Origin: an uncultured archaeon
Lineage (GTDB): Archaea > Nanobdellota > Nanobdellia > Pacearchaeales > GW2011-AR1
Reading direction: 5' to 3'
Length of the DNA: 64,000 bases
Assembly (NCBI GenBank): GCA_902385625.1
Contig: CABMGE010000019.1
Span: 1,831 to 65,830 of the forward strand
In this document: positions 19,322 to 29,129 of the stretch, piece after piece
Layout: each line of letters opens with the position of its first letter
Numbering within the stretch: the first letter of the stretch is position 1
Notes under the pieces: model-generated
What the model saw: the letters and a program-made list of their open reading frames with translations, nothing else
Database searches by the model: none
Told to the model about the DNA's origin: nothing
Made by a program: the position numbers and the translations under genes

Positions 19322-19927
19322 CTAAAGAGGGTACTCATTAAAACAAGATTCGTTTATAGGAGGGGTTAAAGGAGTCCCATGAGATAAAGAATCGTTTGAT
19401 TTCTTGCCATTAGAACTTTCATTAACTACATAAGACAATTTTCTTTGATTATCTATTCCAAAATCATATTCGAAATCTATTGCAAAATCATTTGATCCAT
19501 AAGGAACTTCAAGTTTTCTGCTTCCCTGAGGTAAAAAATTTCTTCGCTTACATAATTTTAACATTCCCTTGCATTTATTAAAAGTAGTCAGTACAATTTT
19601 AGCATAACCTTGTTGGCTGGAAATTCCCATTGCAAGATCAAGTAATCTTGCTCCAAGTTTTCTTCCAGAATAAGCAGGATCAACCATAGAAAGCCAATAT
19701 TCCACTTTTCCAGGCTCTACTTCATACCAGATTGCAGAACCAACTTCTTTATTGGTTTCAGGGTCTCTTGCTGCAACAATCCAATATTTTTTATCAGCAA
19801 GATAATCTGTTATATTGTTAAGTTCAAGACTCTCAGGAAGAAAATGTGTAAGTTCTACTATTCCTTCCAGATTATCATCAAGACTTTTCTTTTCAAATCT
19901 AAGAGGTTTGTGCCTGTGTCTAATCAT
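19322..19927 (-). CDS. GNAT family N-acetyltransferase
   Basis: Acyl-CoA binding motif A VDPAYSGRKLGARLL; motif B TTFNKCKGMLKL. Confidence 0.75.
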   Translation of the reverse strand: MIRHRHKPLRFEKKSLDDNLEGIVELTHFLPESLELNNITDYLADKKYWIVAARDPETNKEVGSAIWYEVEPGKVEYWLSMVDPAYSGRKLGARLLDLAMGISSQQGYAKIVLTTFNKCKGMLKLCKRRNFLPQGSRKLEVPYGSNDFAIDFEYDFGIDNQRKLSYVVNESSNGKKSNDSLSHGTPLTPPINESCFNEYPL

Positions 19928-20054
19928 GATGCGAATATAAAATAAATCCTTTATAAAATTATCGAATAAGACATCTTAAAGGGTATTTAACTTTTACCCT
20001 ATTCCAGTAGATATATATCCAAGGTATAATCTCTGGTATGTGAATTAAAATCAT

Positions 20055-21161
20055 TTACGGAATAATCTCAGGCCCAAAATACTTTTCATATTCAAATTGC
20101 TGTTTTGATATCTTGCCTTCCTTAATTAAACTATTAATTTCAGGAAGCTTTGCTTTAAGTTCATCAATCAAATGCTTAATCGTACTGCATATTAAGTCAT
20201 TTCCTTCTTTTGGCCAAAGTTGTGCCTGGTTCCAATACAAACATCTTCCACCACATAAATCAAGATATTTACAATTAGTGCAATCTCCAGAGACATCAAA
20301 TTTCTTTAATTTACCAGGATCACTATCAAGGTTTCCTGCGCAGAAATCTTCAATGCAGTTCATAATAGGGCAAGCAACAACTTTTCCATCAGTGGAAATT
20401 GCATAACCAGCATAACCTGCTCCGCATCTTAGTTTTGTTTTTTCATTTTTTATTAAAGAGTCAATAATCGCCAAAAATGGATATAATTTCAATACCTTTC
20501 CTTTTTTCATTCCATTTATCCAGTAGTCAATCAATTTTGAAACTGATTTATTGTATTCATCTGCAAACTTGGAAAATTTTTCTTTGTTATAATCAAACTT
20601 AAAAAATCCAGCATCAATCTGCCAGTGTACAGAGTCAAAACCTGCCCTAATTAAACTAACAACTTGTTCATATAAATCAGGGTTTTCCTGGGATATTGTC
20701 ATTCTTGCGACTATTTCCCCATTATATCCATTTTTCTTAATAAGCCTTATATTTTCCATTACACGATCATAAGTTCCCTCTCCCCTGTTATAATCAGTCC
20801 TCTCACAGCTTCCATCAAGTGAAACAAGAAGTTTTGTTATTCTATTGACATATTCCTTTGGAAGTTTATCAATAAGTTTTGCATTTGTTTGCATCCTAAA
20901 CGGAACATCTATTGCATCCATTATTTCTTTTATTTTATCGATTCTAAGAAGCGGTTCTCCACCATAAAAAATAAGAACTGCATTTTTGTCTTTTTCCAAA
21001 AACTTCTTTAATTTTTTTACATCAACAATAGAGTCTTCAGGAGATGAAAAATCAAACTTGAATTTTTTATCAAGTCCATTATCAAACTCCTCAAGTGATT
21101 TTTTATAGCAGTATCTACATTCAGAATTGCATGTTTCAGAGAGTAGTATATGGTAATGCAT
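20055..21161 (-). CDS. Radical SAM/SPASM protein, resembling the archaeal AF0577 (TIGR04084) family
   Basis: CNSECRYC; FYGGEP; SPASM CGAG...ACP...CTNC...CGGRC...C; ends in EIIP. Confidence 0.85.
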   Translation of the reverse strand: MHYHILLSETCNSECRYCYKKSLEEFDNGLDKKFKFDFSSPEDSIVDVKKLKKFLEKDKNAVLIFYGGEPLLRIDKIKEIMDAIDVPFRMQTNAKLIDKLPKEYVNRITKLLVSLDGSCERTDYNRGEGTYDRVMENIRLIKKNGYNGEIVARMTISQENPDLYEQVVSLIRAGFDSVHWQIDAGFFKFDYNKEKFSKFADEYNKSVSKLIDYWINGMKKGKVLKLYPFLAIIDSLIKNEKTKLRCGAGYAGYAISTDGKVVACPIMNCIEDFCAGNLDSDPGKLKKFDVSGDCTNCKYLDLCGGRCLYWNQAQLWPKEGNDLICSTIKHLIDELKAKLPEINSLIKEGKISKQQFEYEKYFGPEIIP

Positions 21162-21230
21162 AAAATAAACAAAAAACAGCAGGTTTTAAATTTAACTTAT
21201 GTATATAGTTTATATCCTTGTATAGACTAG

Positions 21231-21275
21231 TTATAGATAATCATTTTTTAAGACAGATTTACTCTGGATTAAAAA
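21231..21275 (+). repeat. Extended copy of the dispersed repeat
   Basis: TTATAGATAATCATTTTT (also at 31485-31502) followed by AAGACAGATTTACTCTGGATTAAAAA. Confidence 0.65.
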
Positions 21276-21325
21276 TGCTAAATATCAGAAAGGACAACTA
21301 ATGAGCAAAGCGAATTAATTTAGAA

Positions 21326-21682
21326 CTATTCTTCAGCCAGTTCAGACTCATCAACATCTTCGTCTTCAGTTTCTTCTTCAGTTTCTTCTACTTTTGGCTT
21401 TTTATCTTTCTTTGGCTTAGCTTCTGAAGTTGCAGATTTTGCTGCCTTTGCAGGTTTTTCAGCAGGACTCATGATTTCATTAATATCAATGCTATTAATC
21501 ATTTCCCTAAATTTCAAAAAATCTTCAGGACCTATTCTTGTTCCTGCTTTTGTAAATCCAGTATATCTTTCAGAAGTAACAAACTCTCGTATAGTAAGGC
21601 CTTTTTTTCCTTTATACTCATCAACTCTTACAATAATATCAGTAGTTTCATTCTTTTTTATTCTTCCAATTTCTTTTTCCAT
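21326..21682 (-). CDS. PC4/Sub1-like (YdbC-like) ssDNA-binding protein with acidic tail
   Basis: IGRIKKN...IIVRVDEYKG...TIREF...GFTKAG; C-terminal D/E-rich tail; start adjusted to ATG 21682. Confidence 0.7.
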   Translation of the reverse strand: MEKEIGRIKKNETTDIIVRVDEYKGKKGLTIREFVTSERYTGFTKAGTRIGPEDFLKFREMINSIDINEIMSPAEKPAKAAKSATSEAKPKKDKKPKVEETEEETEDEDVDESELAEE

Positions 21683-21763
21683 GACAAAATAAAATAACAT
21701 GAGTTTAAGAATGTTTTGTTTCTAATTCACAAGGTTTTAAAACTCACATTTATTATAAAAAAC

Positions 21764-22972
21764 ATGCGAAAAGATACAAAACTTTATTTGGCATTAGTAG
21801 TGATTGTTATATTGATTATTTCAGGAATTTTTATATATAAAAACTATACAAAAGAAACACCAGAAATAAAACTAATGAGTTGTATTGCATCAAAAGCAAC
21901 TCTTTATAGTTCTAAATACTGTCCACACTGTCAAAATCAAAAAGAAATTCTTGGAAGCTATCTTAGTTTATTTAAAAATATAGATTGTCTTGATAATCCT
22001 CAGAAATGCGATGAAGCAGGAGTAAGCCAGTATCCAACCTGGGTTGTAAATGGCAAATTATATCCAGGAGTAAGATCAATAACTGAATTAAAAGCGCTTA
22101 CAAATTGCGAAGGATGTGATATAAATGAAACAAACAACACAGCTAAAACTGACACTGGAACTTGCGGAAATACTACTGAATCATGTTTAAAACCTATTGA
22201 ACAAACTTGCTCGTCAAATCAAACCCAGGCCAAGTCAGAAATAGCTCCTTCACAAGAAAATAAAAAACCATTTACAATAGTTTCAATAGTGCTTCTTGCA
22301 ATAGTCAATGCAATGAATCCATGTGCACTTGCAGCACTTGTAATGGTATTAATATCAATACTTATTGCAAATGAAGAAAAAAAGTATAAAGTGCTCCTTG
22401 GAGGACTCATGTTTATCCTTGCAGTATTTATTGGATATTTTATTTATGGTGTTGTAATACTTCAATTATTCAGAAGTTTTGCAGACTTTACTTCTTCAAT
22501 TGCAGTATATGTTAAAAGTGCTCTTGCAATCGGTGCAATTATTTTAGGATTATTTAATATTAAAGATTATATAAGATACAACCCAGGAGGAATTGCAACA
22601 GAAATGCCACTTAGATTTAGACCAAGATTAAAACAAATAATAAAAACAATTACAAGCCCTAAAGGAGCATTTGTCGCAGGACTGCTTGTAACGCTATTCC
22701 TATTACCTTGTACAATGGGGCCTTATCTAATTGCTCTTGGAAATTTATCAGAACAAGGTGCTCCAAGCCTTTTATCTGCAATTCCATATCTTTTGTTATA
22801 CAATGCGATATTTGTAATTCCAATGATAATTATAACAATAGTAACTTACTTAGGATTTTCAAGCGCTGAAAAAGTTAGTGAATGGAGAGATAGAAACATA
22901 AAAAAGATTCACCTTGCAGCAGGAATAATACTTGTTGGACTTGGAATTGCAATTCTAACTGGATTAATTTAA
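21764..22972 (+). CDS. Thioredoxin-like domain fused to CcdA/DsbD-type transmembrane electron transporter
   Basis: N-terminal TM, YCPHC...YPTW Trx fold, Cys-rich linker, TM domain with NPC and LPC redox cysteines; start at ATG 21764. Confidence 0.8.
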   Translation: MRKDTKLYLALVVIVILIISGIFIYKNYTKETPEIKLMSCIASKATLYSSKYCPHCQNQKEILGSYLSLFKNIDCLDNPQKCDEAGVSQYPTWVVNGKLYPGVRSITELKALTNCEGCDINETNNTAKTDTGTCGNTTESCLKPIEQTCSSNQTQAKSEIAPSQENKKPFTIVSIVLLAIVNAMNPCALAALVMVLISILIANEEKKYKVLLGGLMFILAVFIGYFIYGVVILQLFRSFADFTSSIAVYVKSALAIGAIILGLFNIKDYIRYNPGGIATEMPLRFRPRLKQIIKTITSPKGAFVAGLLVTLFLLPCTMGPYLIALGNLSEQGAPSLLSAIPYLLLYNAIFVIPMIIITIVTYLGFSSAEKVSEWRDRNIKKIHLAAGIILVGLGIAILTGLI

Positions 22973-22997
22973 ATACCTGTTTATTCTTAAATATTTT

Positions 22998-23750
22998 ATG
23001 ATACTCTCAACTCTTCAGTGGATTTTACTCATGACATTTATTGATGGGCTTTTAGGACTTGTAGGAGTTTTCTCATTTTTTGTTTCAAAAAAATATCTAA
23101 ACAAGATTATTCTTATTTTAGTGGCTTTTGCAGCAGGTGCACTTCTCGGAGGAGCTTTTTTTCATTTAATTCCCGAGTCAATTGAAAAATTATCACTAGC
23201 TATTACCCTTATACTAACTATAGCAGGTTTTTGTACGTTTTTCCTTGTTGAAAAATTACTTCACTGGCATTATTGCAGAAATGAAGGTCACTGTCATGAT
23301 CATGAACACCCTTATGTTTATCTTCTTTTAATAGGAAGTTCAATTCATAATTTTATAGATGGACTCCTTATTGCAGGATCATTTATAATTTCAATACCTC
23401 TTGGAGTTGTAACTAGTGTCTTAATAATTGTCCATGAAATTCCTCATGAAATAGGAAACTTCGGAGTTCTTGTCCATGGAGGAATGAAAAGAGGAAAAGC
23501 AGTACTTGCAGATTTCTTAATCCAGCTTACAGCAATTTTAGGAGGTCTGGCAGGATATTTCTTCCTAAACCTGAATAAATATGTTGCAATTCTTCTCCCA
23601 CTAGCAGCAGGCGGTTTCTTATATTTGGTTTTCTTTGACTTAATTCCCGAGGTTCTAGAAGAGAAAAATAAGATAAAACTAATAATTAACATAATCGCAA
23701 TAATCTTAGGCCTTCTTTTATTATTGTCTGCAAAATATCTAGCAGGTTAA
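22998..23750 (+). CDS. ZIP family divalent metal transporter
   Basis: AFAAGALLG, His-rich loop HCHDHEH, HNFIDG, HEIPHEIG. Confidence 0.92.
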   Translation: MILSTLQWILLMTFIDGLLGLVGVFSFFVSKKYLNKIILILVAFAAGALLGGAFFHLIPESIEKLSLAITLILTIAGFCTFFLVEKLLHWHYCRNEGHCHDHEHPYVYLLLIGSSIHNFIDGLLIAGSFIISIPLGVVTSVLIIVHEIPHEIGNFGVLVHGGMKRGKAVLADFLIQLTAILGGLAGYFFLNLNKYVAILLPLAAGGFLYLVFFDLIPEVLEEKNKIKLIINIIAIILGLLLLLSAKYLAG

Positions 23751-24317
23751 TCAAACAGAAGTAAATCTTTCGAGTTCCCCAAATATCTTTTTCTTAACAA
23801 CCTCAGGTTCGCTCATTAAAATAATTTTTAAGGAATTTTTACAATGTCCATGACAAGGACAAACAAAACCACAAAATCCCTCGCGAAAACCTCCGCTCCA
23901 ATATCTGGCCTGGTATTCATTAAATAATTTTCTTTCAGTATCAGAATCAAGAGAATATGCTCTTCTGCTGATTTCAAGCATACTAAGTTCTGCAGCTTTT
24001 ATTTGAGTTTTAATAAAATGATCAAAATCCTGGCATTTATTTACAACTAAAGAAGGATTTACATTTAAAGAAGCTTTTGCCCGATATCCATATTTAAATC
24101 CATATTCCCAATAATTTATACAATCATTTTCAATAAAATGTTTTTTGGCAGCAAGCCAGCCTATATCAATTCCAGCTTTCTCACTTAAATAATGTTTATG
24201 TTCTCGAATAGCATGAACAAGAGGTTTTCTAGAATTCTTAATTAATATGCCTTCAAGAATAGGAGGAACAGTATATACTCCCTCATCTAATTCTCCTGCA
24301 ATTAAATTAGTAGACAT
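23751..24317 (-). CDS. Hypothetical protein with internal duplication and Cys-rich C-terminus
   Basis: AIREHKHYLSEKAG; two YW-x2-GF-x2-G modules; CGFVCPCHGHC. Confidence 0.55.
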   Translation of the reverse strand: MSTNLIAGELDEGVYTVPPILEGILIKNSRKPLVHAIREHKHYLSEKAGIDIGWLAAKKHFIENDCINYWEYGFKYGYRAKASLNVNPSLVVNKCQDFDHFIKTQIKAAELSMLEISRRAYSLDSDTERKLFNEYQARYWSGGFREGFCGFVCPCHGHCKNSLKIILMSEPEVVKKKIFGELERFTSV

Positions 24318-24391
24318 TATATCTCCAGTAATTTCTTAAATTAGAACCTTAGTGACTTTTTATACCTTTTCAATTATACTCCCAATTATTC

Positions 24392-24706
24392 TTACTTCAA
24401 AACCCTAATATCCTTATTATTCCCATATTTCCATTTACTATGTCCAAACTGAACAATTAAATCAACACCCAAGTTTTCAACTTCAACCGGAATATCACAT
24501 GCACCAAAACAGGTTCCAAGCCATATAAAGCACTCTGCATTTGTTTGATTTTCAATTTCTTCACAAATAACCTGGGAATAGCGTTTCATTCCCTCTGGAA
24601 ACTGTAATAATACTTTTTTTGCCTTATTCCTTTTTATAGTTTTAACTACTCTTGTAATTTCAAGATCATAAATTTCATTTATCTCATTAAGAGTTTTTTC
24701 TTTCAT
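24392..24706 (-). CDS. dph2: Diphthamide synthesis Dph2, N-terminal domain only (104 aa)
   Basis: VLLQFPEG, TCFGACD, LIVQFGHS; ends after domain 1. Confidence 0.8.
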   Translation of the reverse strand: MKEKTLNEINEIYDLEITRVVKTIKRNKAKKVLLQFPEGMKRYSQVICEEIENQTNAECFIWLGTCFGACDIPVEVENLGVDLIVQFGHSKWKYGNNKDIRVLK

Positions 24707-24849
24707 AATTAAATCAATTAAATAACGCTTTTATATTTTATGATTAATTCAGCTAACTAAAATAAAAAGTTATATATAGTTACAAAACCTAATTATTAAA
24801 GTAATCAGTGATAAATAAAGAATTCCAGAATTCTAACAACTATTTTTAA

Positions 24850-25221
24850 ATGGAAACTAAAAAATCTAGTACAAACTTAGAAGTAAAGCTAGAAAGCTTA
24901 AAATATGAGTTGACAAATTCATTAAAAGCAACCAGATTAATTACAGATCCCGCGATAAATGGGCTTACACTAACTTATAAAAGAAGAGGCCAGGAAAACA
25001 AAGATCAGTGCAGAATAATACAAAAAGGCCTAAAAATAATGTTGCAAAATGCATATAGAGGTTATGTAGATTTAAGTTTTGAAACAGTTGATGAAATGCA
25101 AAGAATTTACAGAGTAAAACTAGAAGTTTTAGCTGAAAAAAAAGAAGAACAAGAAACTACTTATAATGCACTAACAAAAATAAATGAATTTATAAATTTC
25201 TATAATAAATCAAGAAAATAA
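24850..25221 (+). CDS. Hypothetical protein
   Basis: 123-aa helical ORF. Confidence 0.55.
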   Translation: METKKSSTNLEVKLESLKYELTNSLKATRLITDPAINGLTLTYKRRGQENKDQCRIIQKGLKIMLQNAYRGYVDLSFETVDEMQRIYRVKLEVLAEKKEEQETTYNALTKINEFINFYNKSRK

Positions 25222-25246
25222 TTTTTTAGGGGAAAATTTAAATCTC

Positions 25247-25843
25247 TTATCCAGCCCTTAAAAAATTTAGGAGTTTAGAAAAATATCCCTTTGATTCTTC
25301 CACAGGCTTTTGGAGGCAAGACCTGAATTGATATTCCATTAGATAAGCATCTTCAGAAGTTTCAGTATAATAATCATGAAGAATCCCAACTGCCCGAAAA
25401 CCATTCTCCCTAAAAAATAATTGAGCAGTAAGATTTCTCTCTCGTACTTCGAGAAGAATTTTGCTTCTTCTTTGAAATGAAAGTTTTCCAGTGAGTTTAT
25501 TTACCATTTGAGTGCCTACTCCTGTTCTGCGATAATCTCCAGAAACAGCAAAGTTTAGTAAATGTAATCGAGTTTTATGAAGTTCATAAACTGCATATCC
25601 AGCAACACGATTGTCATATTCTGCAACCATGCCAATACGATTCCTATTTTTTAAATGGGATAAAAAATCCTCTTCAAGCCAGGGAAATTCAAAACTCTCT
25701 CCTTCAATATTAAGAACTTCAGGCATATCGCGTCTAATCATCCATCTAGTATGTACTGGAAGTTGTTCTTTATCCGGAAAATTTGTTGATTCCATCTTTA
25801 ATGCATAAAAGTTTGCCCTCTCTATTGCATGCAAATCTCTCAA
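25247..25843 (-). CDS. rimI: Ribosomal-protein-alanine N-acetyltransferase (RimI type)
   Basis: RWMIRRDMPEVL, LLNFAV...RRTGVG, LEVRERN...AQLFF...GF, YY...EDAYLM; the real start is probably ATG 25795. Confidence 0.88.
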   Translation of the reverse strand: MRDLHAIERANFYALKMESTNFPDKEQLPVHTRWMIRRDMPEVLNIEGESFEFPWLEEDFLSHLKNRNRIGMVAEYDNRVAGYAVYELHKTRLHLLNFAVSGDYRRTGVGTQMVNKLTGKLSFQRRSKILLEVRERNLTAQLFFRENGFRAVGILHDYYTETSEDAYLMEYQFRSCLQKPVEESKGYFSKLLNFLRAG

Positions 25844-26276
25844 AGAAACTAATCCCTGTAGGAACTAACAATTCCCTTGTTGAATCTGTGAGATCTGAAA
25901 GTCTCTCAGAAATCCTTGGATCAGTTACATGATAAGAAGGTTTATTGCGGTGATTTTCAACTCTCCTTAAGTATTCAGAGCTTAAAGCAGAAAAAACATA
26001 TGGCGAATTAAGATATTTTCTTCTTCCACGTTCAAAAAATAATGAATCATTAAATAATTTGACTCCAGACTCTTTTTTTTCATCTTCTAATTTTAACTGA
26101 TAAAAATATTCATTTATTCCTCTTATATCACTTACAAAGATAAACGGAGAGATTTCTCTTTTCAGAGATTCTTCTGAAGCTGCAGCTATAACATCAAGAG
26201 GCGTAGCCCAGTTAACTCTAAGGTCGCCAATAGTTGGACCATACAATTCAGGTAATGTTAGATATTCAAATCCCAT
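25770..26276 (-). CDS. Hypothetical protein
   Basis: 168-aa ORF upstream of rimI. Confidence 0.5.
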   Translation of the reverse strand: MGFEYLTLPELYGPTIGDLRVNWATPLDVIAAASEESLKREISPFIFVSDIRGINEYFYQLKLEDEKKESGVKLFNDSLFFERGRRKYLNSPYVFSALSSEYLRRVENHRNKPSYHVTDPRISERLSDLTDSTRELLVPTGISFFERFACNREGKLLCIKDGINKFSG

Positions 26277-26427
26277 GTTAAAATAGATTATAAATAATAA
26301 AATTGAATATTCTTTATTAAAAAAGATCCTTTAAAAACCTTCCGAAGGATTTCCATTGTAAAAAAACAATAAAATTGCCTCGAAAAGAAGATGATAAATT
26401 TTTAAATGATCTTATCATAAAATAAAT

Positions 26428-28164
26428 ATGACATCTACAAGACAACCAATCGTTACTGTTGCAGGTCATGTCGACCACGGAAAAACTTCTTTATTGGATA
26501 ATATAAGAAAAACTGCAGTCTATGAAACAGAAGCAGGAGGAATTACTCAAAAAATTTCTTTTACAAAAGTTCCAATTGCAGATATTAAAAAAAGATGCCC
26601 TTTAATTGAGAAGAGCAATATAAAATTAGATTTTCCTGGATTTTTATTCATAGATACGCCAGGTCATGCTGCATTTTCGCATCTTAGAAAAAGAGGAGGA
26701 AGTCTAGCAGATCTTGCGATTTTAGTAATGGATATTAACGAAGGAATAATGCCACAGACAGCAGAGGTAATAGAACTTTTAAGGCTAAATAAAACTCCAT
26801 TTATAATAGCATTAAATAAAATAGATAATATCTCTGGATGGAGAAAACAATCTGAAGAATTAAAAGAAAATATTGATCTTCAGTCCACAAATACAGCATT
26901 ACAATTCCAGGAAAAACTTCTTACAATAGAAGGTTCATTGCATCATCATGGTTTTAATGCAAAACCTTTTTATGAAGTAACAGATTTTTCGTCTCAACTT
27001 GCACTTGTTCCATGTTCTGCAAAAACAGGAGAAGGAATTAATGAACTAATCATGATGTTATGCGGATTATCCCAGAAATTTTTAAAAGAAAACTTAAAAC
27101 TTGGAAAAACAGCAAGAGGAGTTATACTGGAAATAAAAAAAGAAAAGGCAATGCAATACACCGAAGCAATTCTTTATGACGGAATTCTTTCATCCAAGGA
27201 TGAAATTGCAGTGGCAAGTTTTAATGAACCAGTTATAACAAAAATTAGAGTACTCGAGGAAATCCAGCCTATTTCAAATAAATTCAAACCAGTTCTAGAG
27301 GCTTCTGCTGCAAATGGAATAAGAATGCAGCTAATTGAGTCTTCAGGACTTCTTCCAGGAATGCCGTTTACGATCTTTAAAAATAATCTAGAAGAAATAA
27401 AAGAAGAATTCAAAAAAGAGATGGGAGAAAAAATAAAAACCGATGAAGAAGGAATAATAATAAAAGCAGACTCACTAGGTAGTTTAGAGGCTTTGATTAC
27501 ATTGTTAAAACAAGAAAAAATAAATATCGTAAGTGCTGGAATTGGTATGATAAACAAAAAAGATATTATCTCAGCACAAACAAACCTGAAAAATAATCCT
27601 GTAGATGCAATAATCCTTGGGTTCAATGTAAAAGAGGATGAAGAAGCTGAAACCATGGATAAAGGAAAAATTAAGATATTAAAGCATGAAGTCATCTACA
27701 AATTAATAGAAGAACTTTTAAAATTCCAAAATGAAAAAAGAAATGAAGTAAAAAGAGACAGAATGATGGATCTTGCAACAATTTGTCAGGTAAAAGTACT
27801 TAGTAATTATGTTTTCAGAAACTCGAATCCTGCTGTTTTTGGAGTGGCAGTTGAGATAGGGAAAATAAAACCCCATCTTCCATTGATGAATGAAGAAGGG
27901 ATTCAGATAGCAAATATAAAAGGAATACAAGAAAATCAAAAACAATTAGATGAAGCAACAGAAGGAATGGAAGTTGCAATATCTCTTCCAGGAGTAAACT
28001 TTGAACGCCAGTTAAATGAAACAAACTATCTTTTTTCAGATATGTCTGATTCGCAATTTAAAAAATTCAAGGACAACAAGGATCTTTTGACTGCGCAAGA
28101 AATGCAAGTTCTTCAAAAAATAGCACAAATCAAAAGAAAAAAGAATCCTGGTTGGGGCGTATAA
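26428..28164 (+). CDS. infB: Translation initiation factor aIF5B (IF-2)
   Basis: RQPIVTVAGHVDHGKT, EAGGITQ, IDTPGH, NKID, KADSLGSLEA. Confidence 0.96.
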   Translation: MTSTRQPIVTVAGHVDHGKTSLLDNIRKTAVYETEAGGITQKISFTKVPIADIKKRCPLIEKSNIKLDFPGFLFIDTPGHAAFSHLRKRGGSLADLAILVMDINEGIMPQTAEVIELLRLNKTPFIIALNKIDNISGWRKQSEELKENIDLQSTNTALQFQEKLLTIEGSLHHHGFNAKPFYEVTDFSSQLALVPCSAKTGEGINELIMMLCGLSQKFLKENLKLGKTARGVILEIKKEKAMQYTEAILYDGILSSKDEIAVASFNEPVITKIRVLEEIQPISNKFKPVLEASAANGIRMQLIESSGLLPGMPFTIFKNNLEEIKEEFKKEMGEKIKTDEEGIIIKADSLGSLEALITLLKQEKINIVSAGIGMINKKDIISAQTNLKNNPVDAIILGFNVKEDEEAETMDKGKIKILKHEVIYKLIEELLKFQNEKRNEVKRDRMMDLATICQVKVLSNYVFRNSNPAVFGVAVEIGKIKPHLPLMNEEGIQIANIKGIQENQKQLDEATEGMEVAISLPGVNFERQLNETNYLFSDMSDSQFKKFKDNKDLLTAQEMQVLQKIAQIKRKKNPGWGV

Positions 28165-28194
28165 AAAAATTGTAAACCTCTAGGATTTAAACAA

Positions 28195-28545
28195 TTATAA
28201 AAATTTCAGAGTCAGATCATTATCAAGACCACAAATAATAATAGATCTTTTACTTCCAGTAGTCAGTATAGGAGCATCAAAAAGAATTTGAATAAGAGTT
28301 TCATATGCCTCTTTATTATCGCCTTGATAACTTCGGAGTTCTATGAATTTATTCATCCCCTCAAGCCTAAGATTTTCCATTAATTTGCTAATATAGGGAT
28401 TTGCACTATTAGCATCTCTTAACTCTTTAATATGTAAATCAACTCCAAGGGAAACAGAATATTCTCCAAGTAATTCATTTAATTTTTGCATTCCTATAGG
28501 AGTATCAAGAAACCCATAAGCTCTTCCTTTTACTTCTTTTGACAT
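28195..28545 (-). CDS. Hypothetical protein
   Basis: 116-aa ORF. Confidence 0.55.
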   Translation of the reverse strand: MSKEVKGRAYGFLDTPIGMQKLNELLGEYSVSLGVDLHIKELRDANSANPYISKLMENLRLEGMNKFIELRSYQGDNKEAYETLIQILFDAPILTTGSKRSIIICGLDNDLTLKFL

Positions 28546-28691
28546 TAATTAATCAAAGATTATAATTATAAAAATAAATGCAGTCTTTTTTAAACAATCC
28601 GAAATATTATTTTTAAAAAATTAAAATAAATCCACGAGTTCACCCCACAAATGTTTTTAAATTGCAGGTTAGTAGAGTCTTAAGAAGAGAG

Positions 28692-29108
28692 ATGGCAGGA
28701 TTTTTAAGAAAAGCAATAAAAGAAGATCAACTAAGAGAGGAAATTGACGCAGAACTAGTAGCATACCGTGATTTATATGAAGATACTTCCTCGCTCCAGC
28801 ATTCTCAAAGCGAAATAGAAAATATTATACAAAATAAAACTGATCTAAAATCCAATTCAGAAATAAAAAAGTCCCTTGATACACTCGAAGAATTCTATTG
28901 CGGAGTTGTTATGTTAAACGAATCTTTTAATGGAATAACTGCGCTTTTAGGACTATACAAAAAGTTTTTCCCAAGTTCAGAATATGCAAAAGAAGTTGAA
29001 AAAAAATTAGAAGACCCAAAATTCTTCAATCAATATAGTCTTGATCGTTTAATCAATATTATATGTAAAAGAAATAAAATGCTGATAGATCCTTCTTTAG
29101 TATCTTAA
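28692..29108 (+). CDS. Hypothetical protein
   Basis: ORF 28662..29108; first ATG at 28692. Confidence 0.5.
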   Translation: MAGFLRKAIKEDQLREEIDAELVAYRDLYEDTSSLQHSQSEIENIIQNKTDLKSNSEIKKSLDTLEEFYCGVVMLNESFNGITALLGLYKKFFPSSEYAKEVEKKLEDPKFFNQYSLDRLINIICKRNKMLIDPSLVS

Positions 29109-29129
29109 TTAAATTACTAAAAACGCTTT

